From Thermostichus sp. DRC_bins_24 (GTDB lineage Bacteria > Cyanobacteriota > Cyanobacteriia > Thermostichales > Thermostichaceae): 19,076 nucleotides of DNA. Location: NCBI GenBank assembly GCA_039794845.1, contig JAUQVK010000071.1, positions 1 to 19,076 of the forward strand, written 5' to 3'. The notes below the pieces were generated by a model that did not search any database, had not been told where the DNA came from, and was given only the letters and a program-made list of their open reading frames with translations. Of this stretch, positions 16,354 through 19,076 are shown piece after piece. Position numbers and translations under genes: made by a program. How positions within the stretch are numbered: the stretch's first letter is position 1; the number at the start of each line of letters is the position of its first letter.

Positions 16354-17799
16354 ATGACCTACAAACTTTGGATTGATGGCCAATGGGTTGATAGCCAAGG
16401 AGGAGGTGTCATGGCCATCGAGAACCCGGCCACAGGGGAGAAACTGGCGGAAGTGGTGGATGCTAGCTCTGCAGACGTGGATCGGGCTGTTCAGGCTGCC
16501 CGTACTGCTTTTTACGATGGCCGTTGGTCGAAACTCACCCCCGGCGAGCGCTCCCTGGCCCTTTGGAAGCTGGCGGATTTGATCGAGGCTCGCTCAGAAG
16601 ACCTGGCCCGTCTGGAGTCGGAAAACACCGGCAAGCCCTACGCCTCTGTTAGCCTGGGGGGGGATCTACCCTTTGCCGTTGATAACCTGCGCTTTTTTGC
16701 CGCGGCTGCCCGGGATACCCACGGGTCTAGCGCCGGGGAATATGCCAAGGGGTACACTTCGATTTTCCGCAAGGAGCCGGTCGGGGTCTGCGGCCAGATT
16801 ACCCCCTGGAACTACCCGCTGATGATGGCGGTCTGGAAGCTCGGCCCCGCTTTGGCGGCAGGCTGCACTGTGGTTCTCAAGCCGGCCCCCCCGACACCCC
16901 TGACCACCTTGATGTTGGGAGAACTCATTGCTGAGGCTGGGATCCCAGAAGGAGTGGTAAATATCCTCTCTGGGGGCAACGAAACAGGCCAAGCTCTGGT
17001 GGAACACCCGGATGTGCGCATGGTCAGCCTGACGGGATCCACTGCCACCGGCAAAAAGGTGATGCGAACGGCTGCCGATACCCTCAAACGGGTTCATCTG
17101 GAGCTGGGTGGCAAAGCCCCCTTCATTGTTTTCGAGGATGCCGATGTGAAGACCGTCGTGGCCAAAGCCACCTTTGCGGCCACCGTCAACACCGGCCAAG
17201 ACTGCACAGCAGCTACCCGTGTGTATGTGCAAGAGCAGAAGCTGGCGGAGGTTCAAGAGGCACTTGTGGAGGCCATGCGCAACGTCACCCTCGGCTCTCC
17301 TTTTCAGGAGGGGGTGGAAATGGGGCCATTTGTCTCTGCAGCCCAACGGGAGCGGGTAATTGGGTTTGTGGAGCGGGCCAAGGCGGCTGGGGCAAAGGTG
17401 TTAACAGGAGGTCGGATTCCACCGGGTTTTTCTCAGGGGTACTACTACGAACCAACGGTGATTACCAATGTCGATCAGAGAGCTGAAATCGTTCAAAGTG
17501 AGGTCTTTGGGCCTGTTCTCACCCTCAGTCCGTTCCGTGAAGAAGCGGAAGCGCTACGCCTGGGCAATGATGTCCTATACGGCTTGGCGGCTTCTGTGTG
17601 GACTCAGGACATCGGGCGGGCGATGAAATTTGCCGCAGATCTGGAGTTCGGCACCGTTTGGATTAACGACCACATTCCCCTCACCTCAGAAACCCCCCAT
17701 GGTGGCTTCAAGCAATCGGGATTTGGCAAGGATCTCTCAACAGAAGCAGTGAGAGATTACCAGATCACCAAACATGTGATGATTGCTACCGGCTCATAG
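16354..17799 (+). CDS. NAD-dependent aldehyde dehydrogenase, gamma-aminobutyraldehyde dehydrogenase (PatD/YdcW)-like
   Basis: 481 aa; ITPWNYP, TGSTATG, LELGGK, NTGQDCTAATR (catalytic Cys; QDC is typical of this subfamily), EVFGP, HGGFKQSG. GAGG RBS. Confidence 0.9.
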   Translation: MTYKLWIDGQWVDSQGGGVMAIENPATGEKLAEVVDASSADVDRAVQAARTAFYDGRWSKLTPGERSLALWKLADLIEARSEDLARLESENTGKPYASVSLGGDLPFAVDNLRFFAAAARDTHGSSAGEYAKGYTSIFRKEPVGVCGQITPWNYPLMMAVWKLGPALAAGCTVVLKPAPPTPLTTLMLGELIAEAGIPEGVVNILSGGNETGQALVEHPDVRMVSLTGSTATGKKVMRTAADTLKRVHLELGGKAPFIVFEDADVKTVVAKATFAATVNTGQDCTAATRVYVQEQKLAEVQEALVEAMRNVTLGSPFQEGVEMGPFVSAAQRERVIGFVERAKAAGAKVLTGGRIPPGFSQGYYYEPTVITNVDQRAEIVQSEVFGPVLTLSPFREEAEALRLGNDVLYGLAASVWTQDIGRAMKFAADLEFGTVWINDHIPLTSETPHGGFKQSGFGKDLSTEAVRDYQITKHVMIATGS

Positions 17800-17857
17800 C
17801 TCCATGGGATCCCGAAATCCGGTAAGACCTTGCCGGCTGCTGACGTCAACCCTGGGA

Positions 17858-18004
17858 TACAGCCCTTGCGGGGGTCTTCTGCGACAGGGCCTAGGGTTCC
17901 TGCTCCCGTTCCGCAAGGTGCGGAGCACCATCCCCCCGGAGGAGCGAACCAAGCTAACCATAAGCCCCTCTCCTGCTCTGGGTGAGGGCCGGTGGTGCCT
18001 GCTA
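17858..18004. mobile_element. Second, inverted and more decayed copy of the MITE-like element
   Basis: 17858-17928 is the reverse complement of 16184-16254 at 56/71 identity with no gaps. Starts TACAGCCCTT. Carries a REP-like hairpin at 17965-17988. The far end is degenerate. Confidence 0.62.
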
Positions 18005-18007
18005 TCC

Positions 18008-19076
18008 CTACAGGTTTGGAACAGGCCATTCTGGCGGATGAATCAAATAGACAGTCCCCCCGGAATGCTCCAACCACAGTGACTCCAGCTGCTGCCGGCG
18101 ATAGGTACGGCGAACTTCTTCGTTGGTTGGGGCCGCCGGATCGTGGACAACGGGATCCCCATTGGCATCAAACCCCACCAGCACCGCCAAATGACCGTTG
18201 CTTTTGGGAATCGGTGCCCCGTCCAAATCTCCCTCTGCCCAGGCAAAGCTGAGGATCACCGGAACCCCTGCGGCAATCCACGCCTCCGCCTGTGCAAAAC
18301 TCTCGAGTCTTGCCACCACTCCAGACAACCCCTGCTCGGCAGCATGAGCAACATTGAAGACCCAGTTGCCATGGCCGTCGTAAACCCAGTCATATACACC
18401 GGCTACTGCCGCACGCACCAGCGGCTCACAAGGGCGAGGATCTTGCTGCCAATAGGCCATGACCATGGCCAAGGAGGTGGGGCTACACCACACCTCTCCC
18501 CCATCCGGGTACACCATCTGGGAACATGAGGGCAGATCCAATACCTTGCCCCAGCGGGCGGGATCCCCTGGCAGCAGGTGGTTGGGTTTAACCGGCACAT
18601 TGGAAAGGGCAACGGCCACCTGATCCACCCTTGCCGAACGGCCGGGATCTTGGGTGAACAGGCGCAACTTCACCTGGAAGGCTTCTGCCCCATTGATTTC
18701 ATCCTCCAGCACCAACAAATCGGTATACATAGTGCCGTCTTCATCCCGTTGCCCTTTCACAGAATGGCTGGCCAGTGTGGAGGGATCCGAAGCCCATACC
18801 CCGCCGTGGTACCACTTTGTCCAACGGTTCTGTACCTTGGCGCGGATCAACAGTTCCAACCAAGTGCCAGGGGGAGTGGTGGCATTCCAGGAGGCGATCG
18901 CCCCTACCATGGCAAACCCGGTGGGTGTTTCTGGGCTGAGGGCTTCTCCCACCCAATAGCTGCCGCCCGTATAAAAATGACCGCCGTGAAACTCTGGCTC
19001 AGGGTCTGCTTCTTGCCGCAAGCCTTGGGGATCCAACTGCAGTTGCCCTTCTGGATTCAGGCGGATCCCTTGCGTT
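18008..19076 (-). CDS. C39-like cysteine peptidase family protein; 5' end lies beyond the window
   Basis: WCSPTS (Cys), GHLAVLVGF (His), HDPAA (Asp). The frame stays open upstream of TTG 19036 to the window edge (TQGIRLNPEGQLQ). Confidence 0.88.
   Translation of the reverse strand, partial: TQGIRLNPEGQLQLDPQGLRQEADPEPEFHGGHFYTGGSYWVGEALSPETPTGFAMVGAIASWNATTPPGTWLELLIRAKVQNRWTKWYHGGVWASDPSTLASHSVKGQRDEDGTMYTDLLVLEDEINGAEAFQVKLRLFTQDPGRSARVDQVAVALSNVPVKPNHLLPGDPARWGKVLDLPSCSQMVYPDGGEVWCSPTSLAMVMAYWQQDPRPCEPLVRAAVAGVYDWVYDGHGNWVFNVAHAAEQGLSGVVARLESFAQAEAWIAAGVPVILSFAWAEGDLDGAPIPKSNGHLAVLVGFDANGDPVVHDPAAPTNEEVRRTYRRQQLESLWLEHSGGTVYLIHPPEWPVPNL

Larger units (their letters stand above)
667..18567. 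repeat. Highly iterated palindrome GGGATCCC (HIP1 variant), dispersed
   Basis: About 30 exact copies counted by eye (e.g. 667, 2511, 3052, 3111, 9173, 9302, 15751, 18560) plus many one-mismatch copies. Fewer than one would be expected by chance. Confidence 0.92.

Noticed and set aside
17819..17836. CCGGTAA-GACC-TTGCCGG hairpin as the ALDH terminator
   Set aside because: No U-tract follows, so intrinsic termination is unsupported.
1..19076. CRISPR array, tRNA or rRNA genes
   Set aside because: No regularly spaced direct repeats or cloverleaf/rRNA signatures were seen in any intergenic region.

Overview
A GC-rich cyanobacterial chromosome segment. About 30 copies of the palindrome GGGATCCC, against one canonical GCGATCGC noticed, point to hot-spring Synechococcus/Thermostichus (OS-A/OS-B' type). 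It opens with a decayed IS200/IS605 tnpB 3' end and right-end hairpin. Genes in order: FHA protein, accC, a stand-alone Xer-type tyrosine recombinase, a fused ABC exporter, a membrane protein, a low-GC coiled-coil protein, secF and secD, a broken Zn-protease-like gene, tpiA, treY, an exported protein, M48 peptidase, PfkB kinase, an aminobutyraldehyde-type aldehyde dehydrogenase (ALDH), and a C39-like peptidase that runs off the window edge. The most interesting unexplained structure is a family of about 150-170 bp miniature elements with TAYAGCCCTT ends. One sits in the pfkB stop codon: removing it restores an in-frame TAA. A second, inverted copy shares a gapless 71-bp block (56/71 identical) on the other side of the ALDH gene, so the gene is bracketed like composite-transposon cargo. 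A third lies between tpiA and treY. All alignments and counts were done by eye.
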